This document shows positions 51,304 through 61,105 of a stretch of DNA of 64,000 bases, one piece after another. The position numbers and the translations under genes were made by a program. The DNA is from an uncultured Gammaproteobacteria bacterium (GTDB lineage Bacteria; Patescibacteriota; Microgenomatia; Levybacterales; UBA12049). The stretch lies in contig CAZAZU010000001.1 in the NCBI GenBank assembly GCA_964490105.1, positions 86,706 through 150,705 of the forward strand, read 5' to 3'. Position 1 is the first letter of the stretch. Each line of letters starts with the position of its first letter. The notes beneath the pieces were generated by a model that did not search any database, was not told the origin of the DNA, and saw only the letters and a program-made list of their open reading frames with translations.

Positions 51304-51690
51304 CTATTGAAGTTCTTGGATTTGATTTAGTAGTTCTGTTTGATTCCCAGCTGGAACTGCATTCATAGAGCTTTGGATTTGCATGACTTGGTTATATGCA
51401 TCTTTATAATAGTTAAGAACTCTAGAGGTTATTATAAGCATTAGTCCCGTCGCGATAATTGTAACTGCTATGGTAATCAGTCCCACAAACTGTGCTCTCC
51501 TATCATCTTTAAGAAAATATTTAACGCCGGGAATAATTCCGAAAGGAGGTATGAGAATTGCAACTACTATAATAGTAATAGACTTCCCTAGCGAAAATTT
51601 AAAAGGCGGCTCTTTTATTTTTTTCCCACAGTTAGGACAAAAATAAAAATTTTCCTGTACCGGACTTTTACAAAACTTACAATTCCCCAT
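51304..51690 (-). CDS. zinc-ribbon (CxxC...CxxC) membrane protein
   Basis: 128 aa. CKFCKSP...CPNCGKK followed by 2 TM helices. Confidence 0.4.
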   Translation of the reverse strand: MGNCKFCKSPVQENFYFCPNCGKKIKEPPFKFSLGKSITIIVVAILIPPFGIIPGVKYFLKDDRRAQFVGLITIAVTIIATGLMLIITSRVLNYYKDAYNQVMQIQSSMNAVPAGNQTELLNQIQELQ

Positions 51691-51790
51691 CTAACCTAGC
51701 ATACTACTTTTATTGATTTAAACAAATTTTTAATGGTAATGCGGGGGGATGGCGCGGATTGAGTTTAGTCAGATGATAAGCTTGCGATGT

Positions 51791-52879
51791 TTATGGTGAA
51801 ATAAAATCTACTATGGAGGTAAGCACGGAGCGTTCTTGAGCAACAACATTTCCGCTATTTGCTGACACAAACGCTGTGGTTGGAGAATTAACCGGAATAA
51901 ATCCTAATATCTTATGTTCTTTCTTTCCTTTTATTCTATAGACAATATCTTTATTTTTTAATTCAAGCTTTACAACTTCATTGCCTGACCCTAGTTGATC
52001 TAAAATCTGAGTGTCCGCTGAAGCATCAATAGTATTAACTATCCCTGTTCTTAAAAGATTTTGAATCGCCTGATCCGGGAGAACGGTTACAATTCGCTGG
52101 CCTTCGGGCGTTGAAAGAATTAGTAAATTTGTACCTATATCAACTGAAAGAGGAAAATTTGTTATCGCGCTAGTATTATTTTTAGTGAAAGCTACTGTGT
52201 CATCGTCTAATGCCTCAACCTCTAAGCCCTCGTCCTCTAATTCAGTCTCTGTTTCATCTTCAAGTTCACTTAGCTCATCTTCATCCAGCTTAACTTCTTC
52301 CCCGTCTTCATTTTCGACTTTTAATTCAAGCTGTCCGTTTTTATATTCATATTTTAATTTTAGTTCACCGCGCTCTATTTCAATTTTTGTGGTGATTCCG
52401 TTTTTGATTTTTGTTTTTATTTTTTGACCATCTGCTGTTTCAATTTCAGTCTCCTGTTCACTGTCCTCAGATTCATCATCCTCAAGATCCTCCTCTTCTA
52501 TAGGGCTGATGGCAGATTTTGATGGTTTTGGCGAAAGATATTTAGATTTAGATGACAGAGATTCTTGTTTTTTCTGTTCCTGTTCTTTATACTTTTCTTC
52601 TTCTTTCTTTATCTCTTCATTTCTTTTTTCCTCTTCTTTGTTTTCATCTTCGTCCTCATCTGATTTGTCTTCTTCCTGGTCTTCACCGCTATCTTCATCT
52701 TCTCCTAGAACGCTCTGTTCATTATTAGCAGTTAGTACTTGAGTTGTTTGAACATTCGCTGAGATAACCAATAGCAATACGGAAACAATAGAGATAATTA
52801 CAAGCGGATGCAGTGAAGTAAACTTGCTCACTGTAGATGAAGAATTTCGTTTTTTATTTCTAGCTTTAGATTTTGGCAT
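51791..52879 (-). CDS. membrane-anchored highly acidic (E/D/K-rich) protein
   Basis: 362 aa. Basic N-terminus plus TM, then a long low-complexity acidic stretch and a C-terminal globular domain. Confidence 0.4.
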   Translation of the reverse strand: MPKSKARNKKRNSSSTVSKFTSLHPLVIISIVSVLLLVISANVQTTQVLTANNEQSVLGEDEDSGEDQEEDKSDEDEDENKEEEKRNEEIKKEEEKYKEQEQKKQESLSSKSKYLSPKPSKSAISPIEEEDLEDDESEDSEQETEIETADGQKIKTKIKNGITTKIEIERGELKLKYEYKNGQLELKVENEDGEEVKLDEDELSELEDETETELEDEGLEVEALDDDTVAFTKNNTSAITNFPLSVDIGTNLLILSTPEGQRIVTVLPDQAIQNLLRTGIVNTIDASADTQILDQLGSGNEVVKLELKNKDIVYRIKGKKEHKILGFIPVNSPTTAFVSANSGNVVAQERSVLTSIVDFISP

Positions 52880-52944
52880 CTACTTTATTTATATACTTCA
52901 TGTTGAAAATGTCAAGTTTGTTAACTCGCCTTAGATTTAAAACC

Positions 52945-53592
52945 TTAAATATTCAGGAAAAGATTTTCGAGGGCGAGGCGGGGGTTGGCGTTGGTGGTTT
53001 TTAAATCGTAGTGAGTGAGTTCGAGTTTGTGGATTAGCTTGCGAAGTTTCAATGCCTCCTGTTTATCTTCTACTTTTTCTAACATTCTTTCCCGGGCTGC
53101 TAAGATGGCTTTTTCGAGCCATGATATCGCTTCTGTTTTTTCTTTACTTACCACTTGTGCTAAATATAATCTCTCCCCTGCGCTATCAAATGCCAGAATT
53201 TTTTCTAACCCCTCCCCTTCTATTTTTATCTCTTCTTTCTCCGGTTCTATGAGTTTTGCTCGCGAAAGAACTGTCGGGATAAATGAAAAATGACTGGTGG
53301 TAATTAAATAAATAAGTGTATTTGCGGGAGGCTCTTCTAAAAGTTTTAGCATGGCGTTTTGGGCGTCAGGAGTGGCTGATTGTTGCATTACTACAAATAA
53401 AGCTTTTTTATCTCCCTTAAATGGCTTTAAAAATATTTTTTCCTGAATTTTCCTAACGTCTTCAATTCCAAGCGCTTTTTCAAACTCTAAGATTTGTCTA
53501 TCAAACGGATCGATTTTAAGTTTGTCTGACTCAGATATTGCGTGCTCCTGCGCTTTTTTTAAATCTTTGGAGCTTACTATAAAAGTATTCAT
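52945..53592 (-). CDS. holB: DNA polymerase III clamp-loader delta-prime-like subunit
   Basis: 215 aa. NAMLKLLEEPP and SRAKLIEPE (SRC-like) motifs. Confidence 0.55.
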   Translation of the reverse strand: MNTFIVSSKDLKKAQEHAISESDKLKIDPFDRQILEFEKALGIEDVRKIQEKIFLKPFKGDKKALFVVMQQSATPDAQNAMLKLLEEPPANTLIYLITTSHFSFIPTVLSRAKLIEPEKEEIKIEGEGLEKILAFDSAGERLYLAQVVSKEKTEAISWLEKAILAARERMLEKVEDKQEALKLRKLIHKLELTHYDLKTTNANPRLALENLFLNI

Positions 53593-53643
53593 ACAGCTTT
53601 GATTCCCTTGATTTATATCACACTTTTAAATACTATTATAGTA

Positions 53644-55356
53644 ATGCCCGCGATATCTACTTCACAGACCGCGTTATCTGACGCGCTTTATCAACAGCGC
53701 TTGCTTAGTCCTGCGCAGTATAACGACATAAAATTAAAAGTCGTAACACAGGGGCTTTCCGAAGAAGACGTTTTAAATGCTCTAAATGTAGTTAGTGAAG
53801 ACAAAATGTCTGAAACTAAAGCTAAGATTTTAGGAGTTCCGTATATATCCCTTGAGTCCACTTCATTTTCTCCTCAAGCCTTAGGTTTAGTTCCTGAAGC
53901 TGTTGTTCAGAGATTTAACTTAATCCCCTTTTCTTATGACGAGAGAAGCAGAACTCTATCAATCGCGATGGGAAATCCTGTAGATCTGGATGCTCTTTCT
54001 TTTGTTAGGCAAAAAACCGGACTAAATATTAAAGCATTTGCGGCTTCACCATCCGGCGTTAAGCAAGCCATAGACATGCAGTATAAGCAGCAGCTTGTAG
54101 GTCAAGTTGGAGAAGCTTTAAAGGAAACAGAGGATACAAATAAAACAAAGACTGTAGATGCAACTCAAATCGCGCAGATAATTAAAGAGGCTCCAATCGC
54201 TAAGATCGTTTCCACCATTTTAGAATATGCTGTAAAAAGCAGAGCGTCAGATGTGCACATAGAACCTCAGGAAGAAAGAGTCCGCGTCCGCTATAGAATT
54301 GACGGAATTTTATATGATCGCTTGAGTCTTCCAAAATCTGTTCAGGAGGCTGTAATTTCCCGCATAAAAATTCTGTCTGAAATGAAAATTGACGAGCATC
54401 GTGCGCCTCAAGACGGAAGATTTAATTTTAAGATTGAAGATAAGGAAGTCGATCTTCGTATATCAGTGCTTCCTGCAGCGCACGGTGAAAAAATCGTAAT
54501 GAGACTACTCCGAAAGAGCGGAGGAATTCCAACGCTTGAGGAGCTTGGTCTTATGGGAACAGCTTTAAGAAATCTTGAAACAAATATGCTTAGACCGCAC
54601 GGAATTATTATCGTCTGCGGACCCACTGGGTCTGGAAAAACTACAACACTTTATTCCGTCTTAAACAAGCTTAATAGTCCAAAGGTAAATATTATGACTC
54701 TTGAGGATCCGGTCGAGTATGAAATGCCTGGCATAAATCAGGTGCAGGTTAATTCATCCGTAGGACTTACTTTTGCAACAGGACTTCGTGCTTTTCTTAG
54801 ACAGGATCCAAACGTAATTCTCGTAGGAGAAATTAGAGATAAAGAAACTACAGACCTCGCTATACAGGCAGCTTTAACAGGACATTTGGTTTTTTCAACA
54901 CTTCACACTTCAAATGCATCGGGAGCACTTCCTAGGCTGATTGATTTAGGAGCTGAAACCTTTCTCTTGTCTTCAAGTATAAATGCTATAGTCGGGCAAA
55001 GAATCGTTAGGCGACTTTGCCAAACTTGCAAATCTGCATATCCTCCCCCTCCCCAGCTCTTAGATATGATGAAAAGAGAACTAGGTGCACTTTTCCCACA
55101 AGGAGAAGCTAAATTTTATAAACCAGTTGGCTGCGCAGAATGTGACAATTCTGGATATCTGGGAAGAGTTGGAGTTTTTGAGGTTCTGCCTGTTTCTCCA
55201 AAGATAGCAGAAATGATATTAAAAAGAACTGATAGCCCAACAATTGAGAAAGAAGCAATTTCTGAGGGAATGATCACCATGAAACAGGATGGATATATAA
55301 AAGTGTTAAGAGGAGTGACTACTGTCGAAGAGGTTTTGCGTGTTGCACAGGAATAG
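53644..55356 (+). CDS. pilB: type IV pilus assembly ATPase PilB (GspE family)
   Basis: Walker A GPTGSGKTTT. Asp box, His box. Tetracysteine CQTC...CAEC. Start placed at ATG 53644, behind the promoter TTGATT-N17-TACTAT (53608-53636); the track ORF starts at 53599. Confidence 0.75.
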   Translation: MPAISTSQTALSDALYQQRLLSPAQYNDIKLKVVTQGLSEEDVLNALNVVSEDKMSETKAKILGVPYISLESTSFSPQALGLVPEAVVQRFNLIPFSYDERSRTLSIAMGNPVDLDALSFVRQKTGLNIKAFAASPSGVKQAIDMQYKQQLVGQVGEALKETEDTNKTKTVDATQIAQIIKEAPIAKIVSTILEYAVKSRASDVHIEPQEERVRVRYRIDGILYDRLSLPKSVQEAVISRIKILSEMKIDEHRAPQDGRFNFKIEDKEVDLRISVLPAAHGEKIVMRLLRKSGGIPTLEELGLMGTALRNLETNMLRPHGIIIVCGPTGSGKTTTLYSVLNKLNSPKVNIMTLEDPVEYEMPGINQVQVNSSVGLTFATGLRAFLRQDPNVILVGEIRDKETTDLAIQAALTGHLVFSTLHTSNASGALPRLIDLGAETFLLSSSINAIVGQRIVRRLCQTCKSAYPPPPQLLDMMKRELGALFPQGEAKFYKPVGCAECDNSGYLGRVGVFEVLPVSPKIAEMILKRTDSPTIEKEAISEGMITMKQDGYIKVLRGVTTVEEVLRVAQE

Positions 55357-55376
55357 TATTAATTCATAATAGATTT

Positions 55377-56444
55377 ATGGACATTAGAGAACTATTAAAT
55401 ATTACAGTTAAGAATAAGGCTTCGGACTTACATCTTCTGGTGGGAATCGCGCCCACAATTAGACTTGACGGAGTTTTAAACCCTTTAACCAATTATCCCC
55501 CTCTGACCAGCGAGGTTCTGGAAGCTATGATTTTTTCTGTAATTAGCCCCCATCAGAAAGAATTACTTTTGGCAAATAAAGAACTCGATTTTTCTTTTGG
55601 ATTTTCTAAAGATGCAAACGGAAGCGAGGGAAGATTTAGGGTAAATATTTACTATCAGAGAGGTTACATTTCAGGAGCCTTTAGATATTTAGAGCCAACT
55701 ATAAGAACCATAGAAGAGCTTAAGCTGCCTAAAATTTGTAATGAATTTGCAAAATTAAAACAAGGATTTGTGTTGGTAACAGGGCCTACCGGACACGGAA
55801 AGTCAACCACACTGGCGGCGATGATAAATGAGGTAAATATAAACAGACCGCTTCACATTTTAACTATCGAGGATCCAATAGAATACGTTTATCCGGTTGG
55901 AAAAAGTATAGTTAGTCAGCGTGAAATGGGTCAAGATTCTCACTCATGGAATTATGCGCTTAGATCCGCACTTCGTGAGGATCCAGACGTAGTATTAGTC
56001 GGAGAAATGAGAGATCCAGAGACTATTGCAGCAGCCATAACCATTGCTGAAACAGGGCATTTAGTTTTCTCGACACTTCATACAAATTCAGCATCCCAGA
56101 CAATTGACAGAATGATCGATTCTTTTCCTCCAAGCCAGCAGCCGCAGGTTAGAATTCAGCTAGCCTCAACCCTTAAGGGAATTATTTCCCAAAGACTTCT
56201 TCCTCAGATTAACGGTGGAAGAGTTCCAGCCGCAGAAGTTCTAATCGGAAATAATGCTGTAGCGACAAATATCAGAGACGGAAAAACTCATCTTATTGAT
56301 TCTATAATTGAAACTTCACAGGATGTCGGAATGATAAGTCTTGAGTCTTCTCTTTCATCTCTAGTTATGACTGGAGCAATTAGTCTTGAAACCGCGAAGA
56401 GTTATGCTACCCGCCCCGACGATTTACTTAGGATGGTTGTTTAA
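55377..56444 (+). CDS. pilT: twitching-motility retraction ATPase PilT
   Basis: 355 aa. Walker A GPTGHGKSTT. PilT-type C-terminus. Confidence 0.8.
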   Translation: MDIRELLNITVKNKASDLHLLVGIAPTIRLDGVLNPLTNYPPLTSEVLEAMIFSVISPHQKELLLANKELDFSFGFSKDANGSEGRFRVNIYYQRGYISGAFRYLEPTIRTIEELKLPKICNEFAKLKQGFVLVTGPTGHGKSTTLAAMINEVNINRPLHILTIEDPIEYVYPVGKSIVSQREMGQDSHSWNYALRSALREDPDVVLVGEMRDPETIAAAITIAETGHLVFSTLHTNSASQTIDRMIDSFPPSQQPQVRIQLASTLKGIISQRLLPQINGGRVPAAEVLIGNNAVATNIRDGKTHLIDSIIETSQDVGMISLESSLSSLVMTGAISLETAKSYATRPDDLLRMVV

Positions 56445-56446
56445 AT

Positions 56447-57652
56447 ATGAGACTAAGGTATAAAGCAGTTTCTCAGGATGGAAAGAAAGTTAGAGGATTT
56501 GTAGAAGCAAAGGAAATAAAGGATGCTGCGTATTATCTTCGTCAGAGAAATCTTATCCCCATCCAGATCAGTAAAGAGGCAGAATATGAATTTATAAAAA
56601 AATTACCTTTTGTAAGTAAGACAAAATCAAAAGATCTTATTCTTTTTACCCGTCAGCTCTCATCTATGCTCGCTTCAGGACTTACTCTAATTAAATCTTT
56701 AGAAATACTAAAAGAACAGACAACGAATAAATATCTCCAGGAAACAATCGGGGGAATTTTACTAGACTTGGAAGAGGGAAAATCTTTCTCAGACTCAATT
56801 GCGAAGTATCCCGATGTTTTCCCGTCTATTTATGTGTCTTTAGTTAGAGCTGGTGAATCATCAGGACTACTGGATAAGATTTTTTTAAGACTTGCTACTA
56901 ATTTAGAAAAACAGCATAAATTAAGAAATACTGTCAGGGGCGCCCTTATGTATCCGATAATTGTTATAACGCTTATGGTGATCGTTATGCTTATCTTGAT
57001 GGTTTTTGTTATTCCTGAACTTAGTAAACTTTATGATAGTTTAGGTGTGACTCTTCCTTTTGTGACAAGAGTAGTCGTGGGAATTTCAAGTGGGGTGGGT
57101 AAAATCTGGTTTCTTTTAGTTGGCCTGACAGTTGTATTTGTTTATGCTTTTTTGAGATGGAAAAAAACTCCAACGGGTAAGGAAATGTACGATCGAAATA
57201 TTCTAAGATTTCCGCTTTTTGGAAAAATCATAAGACAAACGATTCTTACTGAATTTTCAAGAACCTTTGGGCTATTGGTCGGAACGGGAACTCTAATCGT
57301 GGACGCTCTTAATCAGAGCGCAGCGGTGACAGGAAATTTTGTTTATGATAAGTCAATTAGGGAAATTGCCAAAAGAGTCGAGAAAGGAGTTCCTGTGGGA
57401 GAGGCAATGGCTACTTATTCATATTTCCCTCCCCTTTTAATCCAGCTAGTAAAAGTAGGAGAAGAAACCGGAAAAATGGATGAAAATTTATTAAAAGCTT
57501 CGGAATATTTTGAAGAAGAAGTTAGCCAGGCGGTAAAAACCTTAACAACAGCTATGGAGCCATTTATTATGATAGTTCTAGGAATAGGTGTAGGTTTTCT
57601 CGTTTTTTCAGTAATTACACCAATCTACAGTATTCTTAATGCGGTTCAATAA
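56447..57652 (+). CDS. pilC: type IV pilus platform protein PilC (GspF family)
   Basis: 401 aa. Duplicated GspF domains, 3 TM helices. Confidence 0.8.
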   Translation: MRLRYKAVSQDGKKVRGFVEAKEIKDAAYYLRQRNLIPIQISKEAEYEFIKKLPFVSKTKSKDLILFTRQLSSMLASGLTLIKSLEILKEQTTNKYLQETIGGILLDLEEGKSFSDSIAKYPDVFPSIYVSLVRAGESSGLLDKIFLRLATNLEKQHKLRNTVRGALMYPIIVITLMVIVMLILMVFVIPELSKLYDSLGVTLPFVTRVVVGISSGVGKIWFLLVGLTVVFVYAFLRWKKTPTGKEMYDRNILRFPLFGKIIRQTILTEFSRTFGLLVGTGTLIVDALNQSAAVTGNFVYDKSIREIAKRVEKGVPVGEAMATYSYFPPLLIQLVKVGEETGKMDENLLKASEYFEEEVSQAVKTLTTAMEPFIMIVLGIGVGFLVFSVITPIYSILNAVQ

Positions 57653-57673
57653 AATCAGGCACAGAATGACTAC

Positions 57674-57703
57674 TTGACAAGGGAAAAAATATCTGGCAAT
57701 AAT
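57674..57703 (+). promoter_or_regulatory. sigma70-type promoter TTGACA-N18-AATAAT for the pilin gene
   Basis: The track ORF start (TTG 57674) is the -35 hexamer itself. The ATG at 57713 follows the -10 by 9 nt. Confidence 0.5.
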
Positions 57704-57712
57704 GACTTATAC

Positions 57713-58204
57713 ATGAAAAAACTGCTCGAACTTCTTAAGAAGCTTTTAGGTAATAAATCTTCAAATGATACATCTTCTGGTTTTACTCTCATTGAGCTTT
57801 TAATTGTTATCGCAATTCTAGGTATTTTAGCAGGAGGACTTTTGCTGGCAATTGATCCAGCAGAAAAGTTAAGACAGGGAAATGATACAAGAGCTATTAA
57901 TGATGTAGCTCAGACTGCTTCGAAGATTGAGCAATATGCAATTTCGACTAATGCAGGAGTTTATCCTGCTGCTGCTGCTGGAAACGAAATTCCTGCTGCT
58001 ATCGGAGCTCCTACTCCTCCAAATGCTAGCTATGATTATGAGTATTTTTATAATGGGGCCGCAACGAATACGTTCGTAATTAGTGTTGCAAGTCTTCAAT
58101 CAAAAAAATATACAACAACTCCAGTATTCGTATATGTTTCGTCTCAAGGGAAAAGCTGCTTCCTAGCTGCAGGAACACCTTCTGGAGCTAGTACCTGTCC
58201 ATAA
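57713..58204 (+). CDS. major type IV pilin (class III signal peptide)
   Basis: MKKLLELLKKLLGNKSSNDTSSG|FTLIELLIVIAILGILAGG shows the prepilin cleavage motif with Glu+5. Unusually long, basic 23-aa leader. C-terminal Cys pair (disulfide-bonded loop). Confidence 0.7.
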   Translation: MKKLLELLKKLLGNKSSNDTSSGFTLIELLIVIAILGILAGGLLLAIDPAEKLRQGNDTRAINDVAQTASKIEQYAISTNAGVYPAAAAGNEIPAAIGAPTPPNASYDYEYFYNGAATNTFVISVASLQSKKYTTTPVFVYVSSQGKSCFLAAGTPSGASTCP

Positions 58205-58231
58205 CTTGACGAACTGATAGGAATTAATTAT

Positions 58232-58257
58232 GCTCACTTAGGTGAGCATTTTTTTTG
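58232..58257 (+). terminator. rho-independent terminator/attenuator after the pilin gene (GCTCAC-TTAG-GTGAGC plus T8)
   Basis: The hairpin stem contains the GTG start codon (58242) of pilD. Confidence 0.55.
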
Positions 58258-59075
58258 TATTTATAGTTGGATTATTCATCGGGTCATTTCTTGATGTTCT
58301 TATTGACCGCCTTCCCAGAAATGAAAAAATCACCGGAAGAAGTTATTGTGAATCCTGTAAGAGAGAGCTTAAATGGATGGATCTCATTCCCCTTCTCTCC
58401 TATATTTATTTGCGAGGAAAATGCAGATACTGCAAGGCTCCTTTTTCCATGCAATACCCGTTACTGGAGCTAATTACAGGTTTAATGTTTGTATTCACAT
58501 TTAATTTTTCTTTAAACGGGTCTGTGTTTAATTTTAGTCAAGAATATTTAGGAAGCATGATGTTTCCCTTTTTCATAATTAGCGTGTTATATCACTTATT
58601 TATTATCTCCTCATTTATTGTTATCTTTTTTGCAGACCTAAAACATGGAATAATCCCAGACAAAGTGCTTGCCCCAGGAGTTATTGTTTCAATAGTTTAC
58701 TTATTTGTAGCGCCTGGTTTAAGCCAGACTCTCTACCCCGCTTTTATGCATCCAATTATTAATAATCTTCTTTCTGGAATCGGAGCATTCTTATTTTTCC
58801 TGGGAATATTTTTACTTACTAAAGGACGTGGAATGGGATTTGGAGATGTTAAATTATCATTTTTACTGGGTCTAATTCTGGGGTTTCCGGGTATTCTTTT
58901 AGCTTTATACATAGCATTCTTGACAGGTGGAGCGTTAGGGATCATACTTATTTTATGGAAGAAAAAGTCTTTAAAACTTGCGGTTCCGTTCGGTCCCTTT
59001 TTGATAACTGGCGCAATGATATCTTTTTATTTTTCGCAAAATATAATTCCAAAAATACTTCCTTTCTTCCGCTAA
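58242..59075 (+). CDS. pilD: prepilin peptidase (A24 family) PilD
   Basis: 277 aa. GSFLDVLIDRLP motif. Zn-binding CxxC...CxxC (CESCKREL...CRYCKAP). Catalytic GFGDVK. Confidence 0.75.
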   Translation: MSIFFVFIVGLFIGSFLDVLIDRLPRNEKITGRSYCESCKRELKWMDLIPLLSYIYLRGKCRYCKAPFSMQYPLLELITGLMFVFTFNFSLNGSVFNFSQEYLGSMMFPFFIISVLYHLFIISSFIVIFFADLKHGIIPDKVLAPGVIVSIVYLFVAPGLSQTLYPAFMHPIINNLLSGIGAFLFFLGIFLLTKGRGMGFGDVKLSFLLGLILGFPGILLALYIAFLTGGALGIILILWKKKSLKLAVPFGPFLITGAMISFYFSQNIIPKILPFFR

Positions 59076-59551
59076 AATCTAAAGGTTTTACTTTAGTTGA
59101 AATTATAATAGTTGTTGCGCTCATAGGTGTTCTTGCAGGAGGATTGATTACTATTATTGATCCTGCAGGCCAGCTTAAGAGCTCCAGGGATTCTAAGAGA
59201 AAAGCTGATTTAAAACAAATTCAGGCAGCTTTAGAGCTTTACAGGGCGGATCAAGGTACTTATCCCGACAATTCTGACATTGGATATGATGCGGCAAATT
59301 ATAATACAAATACCTCCTTGGTAGATGATCCAACCGATGTGCAAGCAACATACCTTCAAACTGTTCCTAAGGACCCCAAATCAAGCGCTCACTATTACTA
59401 CTGTACTTCAAGTGCTTGCGGTGTTTCGAGTGGATATCGTATATATGCTTGCTTAGAGAAAAGCAATGATCCAGATAGATCCACATCCAGCACTTTCCCC
59501 TCTGGTTATTGCGCAGCAGGCTCGTCTTTTATATTTGTCACAAACCCATGA
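58955..59551 (+). CDS. pseudopilin / minor pilin (start uncertain)
   Basis: Prepilin motif KSKG|FTLVEIIIVVALIGVLAGG. The only in-frame ATG lies 120 nt inside pilD, and no canonical start sits near the cleavage site. C-terminal Cys residues. Confidence 0.5.
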   Translation: MEEKVFKTCGSVRSLFDNWRNDIFLFFAKYNSKNTSFLPLKSKGFTLVEIIIVVALIGVLAGGLITIIDPAGQLKSSRDSKRKADLKQIQAALELYRADQGTYPDNSDIGYDAANYNTNTSLVDDPTDVQATYLQTVPKDPKSSAHYYYCTSSACGVSSGYRIYACLEKSNDPDRSTSSTFPSGYCAAGSSFIFVTNP

Positions 59552-60039
59552 GATCACTTAAAGGCTTTACTTTAATCGAAATTCTAATTTCTATGGCAGT
59601 AATTTTACTTCTTTCAGTGGGTTCTCTAGTGGGTTTTAATCAGTTTAGTAAAAGACAAAGCTTAAATATTTCAAGCGATGCGCTGCGTAATAGCTTAAAT
59701 GAAGCAAAAGCTAAATCACAAGCACAGGTTATTGTAACTTCAGATTGCAGACGAAGCGGGAGAGTTTTAGTGGGTTATCAAATTAGATTTAATACAAGTA
59801 CTGATCCCGATTCCTATACATTGGAGGAGGTTTGTACGAGCGGAGCTGCCGAGCTTTTTGCAGTTGTTAAGACTGTATCCCTCTCAAAAGATGTTAATTT
59901 TAGCTCTCCGCCTGCGACTCCAATAAGGTTTTTGCTCCATCCGGGGACTATTAATTCAGCTTCTACTGTAAATATAAATCTAAGGAGTGGATCAAGAACA
60001 CATATAATTCAGGTGGATACAGCGGGAATAGTAAGATGA
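59548..60039 (+). CDS. pseudopilin / minor pilin
   Basis: MRSLKG|FTLIEILISMAVILL. ATGA overlap with the upstream gene. Confidence 0.6.
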   Translation: MRSLKGFTLIEILISMAVILLLSVGSLVGFNQFSKRQSLNISSDALRNSLNEAKAKSQAQVIVTSDCRRSGRVLVGYQIRFNTSTDPDSYTLEEVCTSGAAELFAVVKTVSLSKDVNFSSPPATPIRFLLHPGTINSASTVNINLRSGSRTHIIQVDTAGIVR

Positions 60040-60536
60040 GAAAAAATATTTTTTTAACACAAAATGGGAGCACGCTTGTTGAGTCTATTCTTGCCCTTAC
60101 ATTCGCAGTAGTGATAATTACTGCGGTTGTGATCGCAGTGACAACTGCATTGAGTAACTCTACTTTTACAAAGAATCAAAATCAGGCAACCCAGCTTGCT
60201 CAGGAGGGACTTGATATCGCCAGATACATGAAGACCTCTGACTATACAAGATTTAGAGCACTAAATGATGACGTAAATTATTGCCCCAATGATGAGGGAG
60301 AATTGGCGCCTTTAGACGAGTTACCTTGTGATGATGGTATTTTTATTTCTTCAATAGATATAGACCATGCTGGAGGAAATAATCCAAGCGGCGGAAGAGC
60401 ATGTGAGGTTCTTAACTCGACATTTGTAACATCAGAAGTGAGCTGGACGGACGCAAAGTGTACGGATGGAGAATATTGCCATAAAGTAGCGCTTAGTACA
60501 TGCCTGAGTGATTTAGAGCAACTGGATAACCCATGA
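60036..60536 (+). CDS. pseudopilin-like protein
   Basis: LTQNG|STLVESILALTFAVV (Glu+5, hydrophobic helix). Several Cys. ATGA overlaps at both ends. Confidence 0.5.
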   Translation: MRKNIFLTQNGSTLVESILALTFAVVIITAVVIAVTTALSNSTFTKNQNQATQLAQEGLDIARYMKTSDYTRFRALNDDVNYCPNDEGELAPLDELPCDDGIFISSIDIDHAGGNNPSGGRACEVLNSTFVTSEVSWTDAKCTDGEYCHKVALSTCLSDLEQLDNP

Positions 60537-61069
60537 TAAAAAAAATAAATTCCGCAGGCTTTACACTTATTGAGATGCTTGTCTCAATTGCCATAATAAT
60601 TACCACAACTACAGTCGTCGTTGGAATTCTGGCCTCATCTTTCACGGGAATTACCAAGAGTACTATTTCAGAAGATGTGAGACAGAATGGTAATAGTGCA
60701 CTTAGTCGTATGACGCGTACAATTCAATTCGCTGAGTCATTTCAGGGAGTAAGTCAGAATGGCGTAGATTATATAAATAATTGCACTCTTTCAGGAGGTG
60801 AGAAGTATAATTACGTTAGGGTTAAAACAAATACCCAAATAGTTACACTTTCTTGCACAGACGCAGACATAATGAACGGTGCGTCTTCTCTTATCGATAA
60901 AAATAAAGTTGGAATTCGTGATGGGTCATGTGCTATCACCTGCTTGCAAGAGAGTGAAATTGTGCCTCCTGTTTTGGGAATTAGCTTTGCGCTCTTTAAC
61001 GCGGGAGTAACTAATCAGAAAAAAACTGAAATATATTTCTCAACTAGTGTAAAAATGAGAAACCTCTGA
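60533..61069 (+). CDS. pseudopilin / minor pilin
   Basis: MIKKINSAG|FTLIEMLVSIAIIITT. Cys pairs in the C-terminal domain. Confidence 0.6.
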   Translation: MIKKINSAGFTLIEMLVSIAIIITTTTVVVGILASSFTGITKSTISEDVRQNGNSALSRMTRTIQFAESFQGVSQNGVDYINNCTLSGGEKYNYVRVKTNTQIVTLSCTDADIMNGASSLIDKNKVGIRDGSCAITCLQESEIVPPVLGISFALFNAGVTNQKKTEIYFSTSVKMRNL

Positions 61070-61105
61070 GTTGACATCATTAACTATCATTGTTAGTCTT
61101 AAAGT

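Noticed and set aside
53592-53644. Origin of replication at the holB/pilB divergent junction
   Set aside because: Only 51 bp of intergenic DNA, fully accounted for by two promoters; no DnaA-box cluster.
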